DNA of 64,000 nucleotides from Anthoceros angustus. Taxonomy: Eukaryota > Plantae > Anthocerotophyta. The notes under the pieces are model-generated. The model worked only from the letters and a program-made list of their open reading frames with translations, did no database searches and had not been told where the DNA came from. The stretch is from positions 1 through 64,000 of the forward strand of contig VJWM01000144.1 in the NCBI GenBank assembly GCA_010909165.1, written 5' to 3'. This document shows positions 1-12,744 of this stretch, piece by piece (position 1 is the stretch's first letter; the number at the start of each line of letters is the position of its first letter). Both the position numbers and the translations under genes were made by a program.

Positions 1-540
1 TATGCTTACGACGCTAAGGGAAGATGCTTAGGATGCTAAGGATGGATGATTAGGATGCTAAGGACACATGCTTAGGATGCTAAGTGCGATAGAAGGCGAG
101 GATGGTAAGGGTTGGCTCCCTCCCACAAAGCCAACATTATCCGAACCAAATTGTAAAGTTTCAAACATGAAAGACAAATCAAAAGTAGTTTGAGTTATTT
201 GAGTAGTCAATACATTATATAATATTAAAAATAAATTAGAGTGATTGAAGAAATTTTGTCACTTTAAATAATTTTCAATAATAAATCATGATCAATGATC
301 CTTGATTATTTAATTATAGTTTGAATTTTGAAACCCGACATGCTCACATGTCCTAGTTTATAGGGTGACATGAGTATGCAAAAGAGTGTGTCTAAAGAAC
401 GCCGCAAATAGTGTGTTACGGTGTGGTAGAGTGGCAGCCCATAAATAAATGAACCTGAATTAATTAGTATGGCTGGTGGTCAAGGATCCGGACCTAAAAA
501 TCTTATCACGACTTGAAAAAACAACGAATCACACATTATA
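1..540 (+). repeat. Partial copy (head segment) of the ~3.5-kb F-box array unit; the array probably continues left of the window
   Basis: Same order as array copies such as 15339-15905: 22-bp minisatellite, ggctccctcccacaaagcc, AT-rich block, gaaacccgacatgctcacatg, tcacgacttgaaaaaacaacg. Similarity ends at cacacattat (~540). Confidence 0.9.
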
Positions 541-3274
541 GAGAACACACGGAGGGACGCGAGAACGCCGAGGCCGAGGCCGAGACCGGCCGAGGCCGTG
601 GCGCCCGCGCCCGCTCTCTCGCGTGGCGGAGCGGCCGAGTCCGGGGCCGACGCGCTAACTCGACGCAGATCGAGGCGGGAGCCGAGGTCTGGAACTCAGA
701 GACTTGGTGCCTAAACCACCCGCTTATATGTCATTTCCTCTCCATCACCGCTTGCCTTTTCGTTTTTAAATCCTTTTACACAAAAGCATTAGCAATTCGA
801 AGGTAATTCAATGATTTTGGTAAATTCTACTCATCTTCTATTGGAGTAGATGGAGTGTAAAATGGTTCGCCTTCTCTAATAATAGTACTTTTGAGCTGCT
901 GATTGTATGGTCCGTATAAATGTATAATCATTTCAATATTTCATCCAAGCGAATATTTCGCAATTTAAACCTTTGTCGAATTTATATAAAACATATTGTT
1001 TTAACTTTAGTACTCACCTCAAAGAGTGAAAACAACTCGCTTTGATTCTCCGATAACTACAAACAAAAAGTAAAAGTAATTAGTCATTTACCTCCATTTC
1101 AATTGGAGAAGATCTTTCTTTGCATATACCTTTTCGACAAGCGTTAAACACGTGTCGTGAAGATTCCCACTCATGGAAATGTGATCGTATGTTCAAGAAA
1201 CATAAACATTAGAATTCATCTTGAATGCAAACAGATATTACCTTTCAAACGATGTACCTTTTGAATATTGTCTCCGGTTCTTCCATGAGAGACAACAAGT
1301 CTTTCAACTCCTTATTTTCAATTGCTGCCCTATCTCTCGCATTCAATGCTGCATTACATTACATAGTTATAAAAGAAAAGAAAGAGAAAGAGAAGTTATC
1401 GCTTACTTGCTTGGATCTCTCAGATCCGAATGTGGGGTTGGACCCATCTTCATTCAAGATGGGCGCTTGCTCTTTTAGACTATGCTCCCAAATTGCTGAT
1501 ACTTATTTTAAAGTCTAAAAAGTGGTGGATATTGAAAATTGCTCATCCACTTTCCAAACTCGTGAACTCAAGTGACGGCTGAAGTTGGTCCATTCTCCAT
1601 GAAGTCATCAATTTTTCTTTTTGCCCGATCAAAACCAAAATCATTACTTTCTTAAACCAAAATCATATTAAACAAATTAAATACAAAATACATTTTGTAA
1701 TTGATTGAGATGGCCGTCAATGTTGTTGTCAATCTTATCGACTTTGTCCTTTATATTTTTGCATTGTTTTCCAAAGATTCAGAATGCCAAGTTAAAAAGT
1801 GAATGAAGAAGCAAAGGTATGAATGTAATTTGATTACCTGATCGGATTGAACTTTGATATCCCTCCAACATTGTTTGCATTGAAACTGTCCATTAAACCT
1901 TTCCACAAGTGTACGCTTCAGCCAATTGAGTTGTTGTTGTTCTTATATCCCGCAGATAAATTTAGGGTTAGGATTTTGGATTCGAGCATACTTAGATCAG
2001 TTTATGAAATAGAAAAGTGCTTACCTTCTTTATCTTATTCAATCAAGTGCATCTCGCAAAGATGCTTGAGGTCTTGTTTGTCCATCACAGAACATTGTGT
2101 GCTCGCAGAGGATCAAAACCCACGGGTTTTCACCAACGAGAAGAATATACAGGACTAACAACAATCATTTTTCCCGAATACCTTTTTCACGATCTTTCCG
2201 ATCTCCCACACGCCTCCGCTCCTCTTGTTGTCAGATTGTTGTTCGACATCGCATTTGTTGTTGAAGCCATAATGGTGGCGCCTGCTTTTATGAAACCACC
2301 ATCCTCCGGTTCCTTTAAATCGACTGTGAACTTTCTTAGACTTAGAGGCTTGAGTGTTGCACCGCCAGTTTTGTTCACCGATGCATTTGTGATCTTTATT
2401 GTCTTCTCATATAATCCTTCTATTTGCTTGTTGGAAGTGTCCCTGTATGGGGTTGTTGTCGCTTGTTTCGTATGGTATCATCCGTCACTGCTTTCTTGTC
2501 TTCTCGTGTCATGTGATCCTACTTGACTTCGCTCGTAATGACTTTGTTTGTCTCTGTAGTGTTGATTGTCCGTTGTGTAGCGTTGTTTGTTCTTCCTATC
2601 GCACGATTTTTTGGTTCTGCTCGCTGCGGTTTGTTGTGTCGTTTAAGTTGACTTTGCAGGTCCGAACCCGCTTTTGCGTGCCTGCTTGTCGTTGAAGACC
2701 CTGCTTGTAGATTTGGTAATCCTCATCATTTGTGTATTGAAAAGTGAACTGGATTGGGCATGGTGTATTGTGTGCATGTCTTGGAGCTTAATCTCATAGA
2801 CCGGTGGTGTGTATTGAAGTGTGCAACGCTTGAGGGTTTGCCTCCCAACATCTTTGGATGTTTTCCGATTCTAATCTAGAAATATGTGTTGTTGTGTGGC
2901 ATGGATGAGTCTGTGTTGTCCAATGAGCTTGATTGTTTTACTTGTGGTCCGATGTATATTGTACATCTATGGTTGTTTGTACGCCTAACTCTTGTTGTAC
3001 TTGAAAAAGGGTTTTCACTTTATTTTTCCCATATGTGGTGTATTTTAGTTCTATGTGTCATCCTTAGAAAGTGGAAGGAATAACAACTCTAACAATGTCT
3101 AGCCCTGTTGTGTTTTGGGGCACGCCTATCCTCTCTTGTCTAGTTCGATAATCAACTTTTAGACCTTCCAGCAGTTCTCATCCGACGGTTCAAGGCGCAT
3201 GTGAGTTCTTTCTTTTCGCTTGTTATCGTTATGTTGTTTGTACATCTCAACGTTGTTCGATGACTTCTCGGTAG

Positions 3275-5420
3275 ATGGCTCCTAAAAGAAAACCCACCGG
3301 GCTGCTGGACCGCAAGAAGTGTGCACCTTTGTCTCAAGTCATGTCCAAGCCGTACACTCGACAACGTGTTAAAACAGCCATCGCTCACACCGCAACCCAC
3401 CGCAGGATGATGGTAAAGTTGACGGTGTCCTTGTGCATAGTGAGGGACATATTTGGTGCCGAAAAGTCCATTCCCAAACCGCCAAGGCACTTTTCATCCA
3501 AGGAGGATGCCCGTCTGAATTTGCTCAAGAGAAGAAGGGTTGACACCCGACTGTTGGTGGAGGGTCCCTTGTCGAGATTACTAACCACGCCCTGCTTAGA
3601 GAGGGGTTAAGTTTGTTGGTGAGAATGTCCATCCGATTACGATTCCATGGTCCTTGGCGCTGCGAAAGCATGCCTAGCCTCGAAATGGCTGTGGTGCTCC
3701 TGCAGCAAGATAAGTCTCTCAATTCCTTCACCGTGAGTTTTCCATTCCGGTCGCCCCCGAACTAAGTTATCCACGACCAGAGTGTATTGATATGTTTGAG
3801 AGAATGAGGTCCGCTGATCCCGAGGATGATTTTGCTATGGGCATGGAAGAAATTGAAGATGAGGCCCATTTTAGGGACCAAGGGTTTGACCCTCGATTCG
3901 AGGGAGCCGTGAATGATGCAATGAGTGGTGGTGAGGACAAGTCCAAACGCCAAAATAATTGGTCGTTAAGTCTTTCATGAAAGTGAGTGGTGTGAGGGGT
4001 TGGGATAGTGCAATAGAGGACATTCCTCACAAGGACTTGAACCTTATATTGATACTGTTTTCCACCAAGTTCGAACTTAAAAGACAACTCAAGATTCTCT
4101 CAAACGTAAGTCTTCATCCCTTTCGTTGTTCCGTGTTCTTTTCATTTTATGTGCCGATTTCGATATTGGTGCAGTTGATGTCCTTCTTCGAGGGTTCAAT
4201 CGCATTTTGATAAGGAAGTGTGTGGAGCAAAGCCGCCTTGGGTCCGATGCCCGTGATCAATATGTTTCACGGCGTGTTCAATGGTTGTCGCCGCACTTGT
4301 TGCTTCCATGAAAATCGAAAGACCTTGGTATAGTATCGTGAAGGTGAAACCGATATCCGATGATGATGAGACGAATTCTGCCCAGTGACCATCAATGTTC
4401 TTTTGGGCGAGGCGCCTAAAAGGTTTGTGTTCGATTCCTAGCTTCTTGTGCTTTTTTGCAATACGTTGTCGTTGTTTGCTTCTAACGAGGTTTTCTCGAA
4501 TAGGTGTGCATATTTTGCATGAATCGTCGAGTACGTGGGAGGAATTGCACAACGTTAATCGTGACTTCTCATTCTCTTGACTGAGGCGCAAAGACGCTTG
4601 TCCATGTTTTGATTGATGCTTTGTGTGGTAATACTCTGTGTATGATACCTTGTTTGTGTTGTAATACCTCCTTGTGTTGCCTCGCAGATACGAGGAACCA
4701 TTTCAAGAATTACAAAGTTGATATGCAACTACCAGAGTGAGCACTTCCGCCAAAAGTGAAAACTATGAGGTGGATGTTATTCAAACATTTAAAGCCGTCA
4801 TTGACCATTGTCCAAAGTGGACCGCAAATGACAAGAATATATCTATCCAAGGGTTTCTTTTCAATTCTCCCATCGATAATCCAAGATCGAATGTAAGTAT
4901 CTTTTGATAAGGGTTCTAGGTTTGTGTTCCATTGGACGTGCTAACTTTAATTTTCTCGTGAGTAGGCTTGGTATGCAAAACCCGGTATCCAAAGGAATGC
5001 TCTCAAAATATATGAAGACAATGGCGAAGCATTGGTCTTGATGGGTATTACACGAACAAGAGTCGCCGTAACGATGATTACGCTGGCCGACCATGGCTCG
5101 TGCGATCCGGAAGGCCACCGCCACAAACCGATGCTGGATTTTCAAGGTAGGATCTATTTGTTGATGCTCAGAATTTGTTTATGCCTTCTATTGACATGAT
5201 GTGTTCCCGCTGTGTGGACTTTGCTATGACCGTCGGGCAAGCAAAACAGCAGCCTGGTTCTAGTTCCCGTGAAAGAAGATCATACAATGAGTTGCTCAAT
5301 GAAGAACTCACGCGGGATGACTTGCGGGGTGTGCTTCCGTTTGTTGTCAATGGGACTCGGATATAGTTTTTCCAACTCAAGATGTAAGTATTTTCTACCA
5401 TGAAGGGAGTGATTTTCACG
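3275..5420 (+). other. Degenerate, probably spliced gene or transposon-derived coding fragments; unidentified (CACTA TnpA-like is only a guess)
   Basis: Short ORF pieces (MAPKRKPTG..., acidic MFERMRSADPEDDFAMGMEEIEDE..., LSKYMKTMAKHW / YYTNKSRR...RSGRPPPQTD) separated by T-rich stretches starting gtaagt (~4893, ~5385). No diagnostic motif recognised. Confidence 0.2.
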
Positions 5421-5512
5421 AGAAGATTATGATTCTACTCAGAAAGGATGCTGATGTTAAGAATTTGTTGTGCATAGGCTTGTGCTCAATGTTGCCTACA
5501 AGTTCGCAGAAC

Positions 5513-6505
5513 GTAAGCATTCCATGAGTCGTTTTGGTCAAGGTTTGTTTCTTTTAATCTTTGCGATTGGTATTTGATTCTTTTTGTTGCTTTTTGTTGC
5601 TGTGTTGCCAATGTACCACCTGCTATCCACCATGAAAGCAGGCCCTTTGTCAAGACGGACCATTAGTATCTTGCTATTTTGCCTCCTTGGTTTGCACCCA
5701 ATATTTCATGCAATGTTTGTTGTTGTTTGCGCCCGATTGTGAAGCTTTGAAGTCACCAAGTGCCGTGAAGTAGTGTTAAAGATCTTGATTGACAACAAGA
5801 CCAACTCGGGTGTATTCAACATCGACATGTTGAAAAGGTTAAGTGTAAAGGTGGTTTAAGTTTTATCCTTCATTCTCTTATTGTGTTTGTCGATTCTATG
5901 TTTGTCGGAGTATTAGCCCCACTAAAGATGCTGTGCCCACTAGTTTGACGAGCATTTCAGGTCCCCAACATTGATGGTGCCCTAAGTGTGGGAGGTGATG
6001 CCTCGCTTGGAGGCCCGTAAGCATTTTATGAGTCGCTTTTGGTGTCACAAGGTTTGTTTCTTTTCTTCTTGCCGATTGACTTTTTTTGTTGCTTTTTGTT
6101 GCGCAATCTACCACCCTTGCTATCCACCATGAAAGCAGGCCCTTTTGTCAAGACTGGACCGTTAGTGTCTTTGTTGTATTTTGGTTCTCCTTGCTGGTTT
6201 GCACCCAATATTTCATACAATGTTTGTTGTTGTTTGCGTCCATTGTGAAGCTTTGGAAGCCCAAGTGCCGAAAGTAGTGTTAAAGATCTTGATTGACAAT
6301 GCAGACCACTATGGGTGTATTCAACATCGACATGTTGAAAAGGTTATGTAAAGGTGGTTTAAGTTTCATCCTTCATTCTCTTATTGTGTTTGTCGATTCT
6401 ATGTTTGGCAGAGTATTAGCCCCACCACTAGTTTGACGAGCATTTCCTCATTTCAACATTGATGGTGCCCCGAGTGTGGTGGAGGTGATGCCTCGCTGAG
6501 GCCTG
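5513..6505 (+). repeat. Diverged tandem duplication, two copies of ~505 bp
   Basis: gtaagcat...atgagtcg at ~5513 and ~6018. Shared blocks ctatccaccatgaaagcaggcc, agtagtgttaaagatcttgattgacaa, ttcaacatcgacatgttgaaaaggtta and ggaggtgatgcctcgct, with many substitutions and indels. Confidence 0.85.
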
Positions 6506-6897
6506 TGCCAAGTGTCATTGTGGTGAGACATCGAATCGAAGTGCAACAGGAAGGATTGTGGAGACACCGCCTATAGCTTTGGATATTGTAGGGATGGCGT
6601 TATAGAATGTTAATTATAACCCGTGAGCACTAGGCGAACCATGACCGCTAACAACACTGGGACTATCCAATCGAACATACGATGAAATCTTGCAAGGCAT
6701 ACGATCTCGGGCCAAGAACATGATCGCTCACAACACCATTTACGAGGTGGATCGTTGTGGAAGGCTTTTGGATCTCGAGGAAAGTGACATCTTGGGCAAG
6801 AAGCGATCGCCAACCAGCCTTTGTCTTTGAATTTTGAAACCCGACATGCTCACATGTCCTAGTGCCATAGGGTGACATGATGTGCATACGAATTAAG

Positions 6898-7044
6898 GTG
6901 AGGCACAAGGATGTGGTGAGTGAAACATCACGCCACGTTTTGACAAGTGAGGCACAAGGATGTGGTGAGTGAAACATCACGCCACGTTTTGACAAGTGAG
7001 GCACAAGGATGTGGTGAGTCAAACATCACGCCACGTTTTGACAA
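6898..7044 (+). repeat. Three tandem copies of a 49-bp segment of the array spacer
   Basis: gtgaggcacaaggatgtggtgagt(g/c)aaacatcacgccacgttttgacaa starts at 6898, 6947 and 6996. Confidence 0.9.
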
Positions 7045-7440
7045 GTGAGGCACAAGGATGTGGTGAAAGGGAATGCCTAAGGATCTAGCTCTTGTCGAGC
7101 TCGAGTTGAGAGCTGCTGAATCTTTAATGCTGCCCTTCAAACCGTGTGCATTTGTCGTTGTCTTTGAATTTTGTAGGGATGGCGTTATAGAATGTTAATT
7201 ATAACCCGTGAGCACTAGGCGAACCATGATCGCTCACAACACTCACTCTATCCGATCGAACATACGATGATTGCAAGGCACAAGGATGTGGTGAAAGGGA
7301 ATGCCTAAGGATCTAGCTCTTGTCGAGCTCGAGTTGAGAGCTGCTGAATCTTTAATGCTGCCCTTCAAACCGTGTGCATTTGTCGTGACGAGATCGCGAT
7401 CGGTCCCAAGCCATCCTTGTCGAGTAGGTTGCATATGCTT

Positions 7441-7856
7441 ACGATGCTAAGGATGGATGATTAGGATGCTAAGGACACATGCTTAGGATGCTAAGGACAC
7501 ATGCTTAGGATGCTAAGGATGGATGATTAGGATGCTAAGGATGGATGATTAGGATGCTAAGGATGGATGATTAGGATGCTAAGGACACATGCTTAGGATG
7601 CTAAGGACACATGCTTAGGATGCTAAGGGAAGATGCTTAGGATGCTAAGGATGGATGATTAGGATGCTAAGGGAAGATGCTTAGGATGCTAAGGATGGAT
7701 GATTAGGATGCTAAGGATGGATGATTAGGATGCTAAGGGAAGATGCTTAGGATGCTAAGGGAAGATGCTTAGGATGCTAAGGATGGATGATTAGGATGCT
7801 AAGGACACATGCTTAGGATGCTAAGGATGGATGATTAGGATGCTAAGGATGGTAAG
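7441..7856 (+). repeat. 22-bp minisatellite, largest expansion (~18 copies; usually 3-5 per array unit)
   Basis: Three interspersed variants: gctaaggatggatgattaggat, gctaaggacacatgcttaggat and gctaagggaagatgcttaggat. Confidence 0.95.
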
Positions 7857-8528
7857 GCGGTGGCTCCCTCCCACAAAGCCAACATTATCCGAACCAAATT
7901 GTAAAGTTTCAAACATGAAAGACAAATCAAAAAGTAGTTTGAGTTATTTGAGTAGGTTGCATATGCTTACGATGCTAAGGATGGATGATTAGGATGCTAA
8001 GGGCGAGAAGCGCGGTTTTATTAGCATGGCCACAAAAGGATGTCGTAACGTGGAATGCCCTTGGATCCGGTCTTGCAAAATGTGGTGAGTCAAACATCAC
8101 GCCACGTTTTGACAAGTGAGGCACAAGGATGTGGTGAAAGGGAATGCCTAAGGATCTAGCTCTTGTCGGAGTAGGTTGCATATGCTTACGACGCTAAGGG
8201 AAGATGCTTAGGATGCTAAGGATGGATGATTAGGATGCTAAGGATGGATGATTAGGATGCTAAGGACACATGCTTAGGATGCTAAGGGAAGATGCTTAGG
8301 ATGCTAAGGATGGTAAGGCGGTGGCTCCCTCCCACAAAGCCAACATTATCCGAACCAAATTGTAAAGTTTCAAACATGAAAGACAAATCAAAAGTAGTTT
8401 GAGTTATTTGAGTAGTCGAATACATTACATCCATATATATATGTGGGTATTGTGTTAGTGTAAAATCAAACCTTTGTCTTTGAATTTCGACCTCGTCGAC
8501 TTTGAATAAGAGTACTAGTGGATGTATG

Positions 8529-8535
<7 letters not shown>

Positions 8536-8567
<32 letters not shown>
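8536..8567. repeat. (TA)n microsatellite
   Basis: Run of TA dinucleotides joining two non-adjacent parts of the array unit. Confidence 0.85.
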
Positions 8568-8573
<6 letters not shown>

Positions 8574-9894
8574 CCAGCGTGATCAATGTTGTGTCACCGA
8601 ATTTTGTAGAGATGGCGTTATAGAATGTTAATTATAGTTTGAATTTTGAAACCCGACATGCTCACATGTCCTAGTGCCATAGGGTGACATGATGTGCATA
8701 CGAATTAAGGTGAGGCACAAGGATGTGGTGAAAGGGAATGCCTAAGGATCTAGCTCTTGTCGGAGTAGGTTGCATATGCTTACGATGCTAAGGATGGATG
8801 ATTAGGATGCTAAGGGAAGATGCTTAGGATGCTAAGGATGGATGATTAGGATGCTAAGGATGGATGATTAGGATGCTAAGGATGGATGATTAGGATGCTA
8901 AGGACACATGCTCACATGTCCTAGTGCCATAGGGTGACATGATGTGCATTTGTCGTTGTCTTTGAATTTTGAAACCCGACATGCTCACATGTCCTAGTGC
9001 CATAGGGTGACATGATGTGCATACGAATTAAGGTGAGGCACAAGGATGTGGTGAGTCAAACATCACGCCACGCTTTTGACAAGTGAGGCACAAGGATGTG
9101 GTGAAAGGGAATGCCTAAGGATCTAGCTCTTGTCGGAGTAGGTTGCATATGCTTACGACGCTAAGGGAAGATGCTTAGGATGCTAAGGATGGATGATTAG
9201 GATGCTAAGGACACATGCTTAGGATGCTAAGGGAAGATGCTTAGGATGCTAAGGATGGTAAGGCGGTGGCTCCCTCCCACAAAGCCAACATTATCCGAAC
9301 CAAATTGTAAAGTTTCAAACATGAAAGACAAATCAAAAAGTAGTTTGAGTTATTTGAGTAGTCGGAATACATTATATAATATTAAAAATAAATTAGAGTG
9401 ATTGAAGAAATTCTTTGTCACTTTAAATAATTTTCAATAATAAATCATGATTAATGATCCTTGATTATTTAATTATAGTTTGAATTTTGAAACCCGACAT
9501 GCTCACATGTCCTAGTGCCATAGGGTGACATGAGTATGCAAAAGAGTGTGTCATAAGGTGCAGCAACGCAAATAGTGTGTTACAGGTGTGGTAGGGAGTG
9601 GCAGCCCATAAATAAATGAACCTGAATTAATTAGTATGGCTGGTGGTTCAAGGATCCGGACCTAAAAATCTTATCACGACTTGAAAAACAACGACGGTCA
9701 CACATTATGTAACATATTGGTGTGGGGAAGCGTTACATGAGTGTGATGAGGGATCCGGTGAGGCGAGGGCGGGAGGACTCGGAGGTGGTGCGTTACGCAA
9801 GGGCATCATTTTACAAGATGGTCCAAAAGTGTTAGAATACTATGTTACAACATCCCCCGCCTTCCTTCCACGGAGGTATTGCGATTTGTTTTGG

Positions 9895-10160
9895 CGCGAT
9901 CGATCCCAAGCCATCCTTGTCGAGCTCGAGTTGAGAGCTGCTGAATCTTTAATGCTGCCCTTCAAACCGTGTGCATTTGTCGTGACGAGATCGCGATCGA
10001 TCCCAAGCCATCCTTGTCGAGCTCGAGTTGAGAGCTGCTGAATCTTTAATGCTGCCCTTCAAACCGTGTGCATTTGTCGTGACGAGATCGCGATCGATCC
10101 CAAGCCATCCTTGTCGAGCTCGAGTTGAGAGCTGCTGAATCTTTAATGCTGCCCTTCAAA
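9895..10160 (+). repeat. 97-bp perfect tandem repeat (~2.7 copies) of array spacer sequence
   Basis: cgatcccaagccatcc starts at 9901, 9998 and 10095. The loop closes at the shared word atttgtcgt. Confidence 0.9.
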
Positions 10161-11625
10161 CCGTGTGCATTTGTCGTTGTCTTTGAATTTTGTAGGGATG
10201 GCGTTATAGAATGTTAATTATAGTTTGAATTTTGTAGAGATGGCGTTATAGAATGTTAATTATAACCCGTGAGCACTAGACGAACCATGATCGCTCAATC
10301 TCAACAAGTCCTCCTTTGTTTTGGTAATTTTAATCTCACCTATATATGTAGGGTTTCGTATCGTCAATATCATTGAACCGTTGAGTTCCAAGTTGCAGCA
10401 AAATCTACAATTTGTCGTTGTCTTTGAATTTTGTAGGGATGGCGTTATAGAATGTTAATTATAGTTTGAATTTTGTAGAGATGGCGTTATAGAATGTTAA
10501 TTATAGTTTGAATTTTGTAGGGATGGCGTTATAGAATGTTAATTATAACCCGTGAGCACTAGACGAACCATGATCGCTCAATCTCAACAAGTCCTCCTTT
10601 GTTTCGTCAATATCATTGAACTGTTGAGTTCCAAGTTGCAGCAAAATCTACAATTTGTCGTTGTCTTTGAATTTTGTAGGGATGGCGTTATAGAATGTTA
10701 ATTATAACCCGTGAGCACTAGACGAACCATGATCGCTCAATCTCAACAAGTCCTCCTTTGTTTCGTCAATATCATTGAACCGTTGAGTTCCAAGTTGCAG
10801 CAAAATCTACAATTTGTCGTTGTCTTTGAATTTTGTAGGGATGGCGTTATAGAATGTTAATTATAACCCGTGAGCACTAGACGAACCATGATCGCTCAAT
10901 CTCAACAAGTCCTCCTTTGTTTCGTCAATATCATTGAACCGTTGAGTTCCAAGTTGCAGCAAAATCTACAATTTGTCGTTCAATCTCAACAAGTCCTCCT
11001 TTGTTTCGTCAATATCATTGAACTGTTGAGTTCCAAGTTGCAGCAAAATCTACAATTTGTCGTGACGAGATCGCGATCGATCCCAAGCCATCCTTGTCGA
11101 GTAGGTTGCATATGCTTACGATGCTAAGGACACATGCTTAGGATGCTAAGGATGGATGATTAGGATGCTAAGGGAAGATGCTTAGGATGCTAAGGACACA
11201 TGCTTAGGATGCTAAGGGCGGGAGGACTCGGAGGTGGTGCGTTACGCAAGGGCATCATTTTCATTACAAGATGGTCCAAAAGTGTTAGAATACTATGTTA
11301 CAACATCCCCCGCCTTCCTAAAATTGCAATCTCCGATAAGTCGTGCTTTGTTTTGGTAATTTTAATCTCACCTATATATGTAGGGTATTGTGTTAGTGTA
11401 AAATCAAACCTTTGTGCCCAACCCTGGAAACTTCATGAGTTGTTGTACATAGGACTTTTCAGATCGCTCAATCTCAACAAGTCCTCCTTTGTTTCGTCAA
11501 TTTTAGTCTCGGGCTATATATGTAGGGTTTCGTATCGTCAATATCATTGAACCGTTGAGTTCCAAGTTGCAGCAAAATCTACAATTTGTTGTGCACTTGC
11601 TTGGGAACTTAGTGCGAGCGAGATT

Positions 11626-11730
11626 ATGGCGCATCGTGATGCTACGGTGTGCGTTGTGGAAGGCTTTGGACCCAAGTCGCAGCGATGGGGGCCCCGATAT
11701 GGACGCAACATTGTGGGAGAACCTCCACGA
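11626..11730 (+). pseudogene. F-box gene 5' fragment
   Basis: ATG gcgcatc through LWENLHD, then switches at acgacgc into the minisatellite. Confidence 0.75.
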
Positions 11731-12744
11731 CGCTAAGGGAAGATGCTTAGGATGCTAAGGATGGATGATTAGGATGCTAAGGACACATGCTTAGGATGCT
11801 AAGGATGGATGATTAGGATGCTAAGGATGGTAAGGCGGTGGCTCCCTCCCACAAAGCCAACATTATCCGAACCAAATTGTAAAGTTTCAAACATGAAAGA
11901 CAAATCAAAAGTAGTTTGAGTTATTTGAGTAGTCGGAATACATTATATAATATTAAAAATAAATTAGAGTGATTGAAGAAATTCTTTGTCACTTTAAATA
12001 ATTTTCAATAATAAATCATGATTAATGATCCTTGATTATTTAATTATAGTTTGAATTTTGAAACCCGACATGCTCACATGTCCTAGTGCCATAGGGTGAC
12101 ATGAGTATGCAAAAGAGTGTGTCATAAGGTGCAGAACGCCGCAAATAGTGTGTTACAGGTGTGGTAGGGAGTGGCAGCCCATAAATAAATGAACTGAATT
12201 AATTAGTATGGCTGGTGGTTCAAGGATCCCGGACCTAAAAATCTTATCACGACTTGAAAAACAACGACGGTCACACATTATGTAACATATTGGTGTGGGA
12301 AGCGTTACATGAGTGTGATGAGGGATCCGGTGAGGCGAGGGCGGGAGGACTCGGAGGTGGTGCGTTACGCAAGGGCATCATTTTCATTACAAGATGGTCC
12401 AAAAGTGTTAGAATACTATGTTACAACATCCCCCGCCTTCCTAAAATTGCAATCTCCGATAAGTCGTGCTTTGTTTTGGTAATTTTAATCTCACCTATAT
12501 ATGTAGGGTATTGTGTTAGTGTAAAATCAAACCTTTGTGCCCAACCCTGGAAACTTCATGAGTTGTTGTACATAGGACTTTTCAGATCGCTCAATCTCAA
12601 CAAGTCCTCCTTTGTTTTCAATTTTAGTCTCGCTATATATGTAGGGTTTCGTATCGTCAATATCATTGAACCGTTGAGTTCCAAGTTGCAGCAAAATCTA
12701 CAATTTGTTGTGCACTTGCTTGGGAACTTGGTGCGAGCGAGATT

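Noticed and set aside
7441-7856. Constant flanks with variable cores resembling a CRISPR repeat-spacer array
   Set aside because: Only three short recurring core variants rather than unique 25-45-nt spacers; eukaryotic context; no cas genes. It is a minisatellite.
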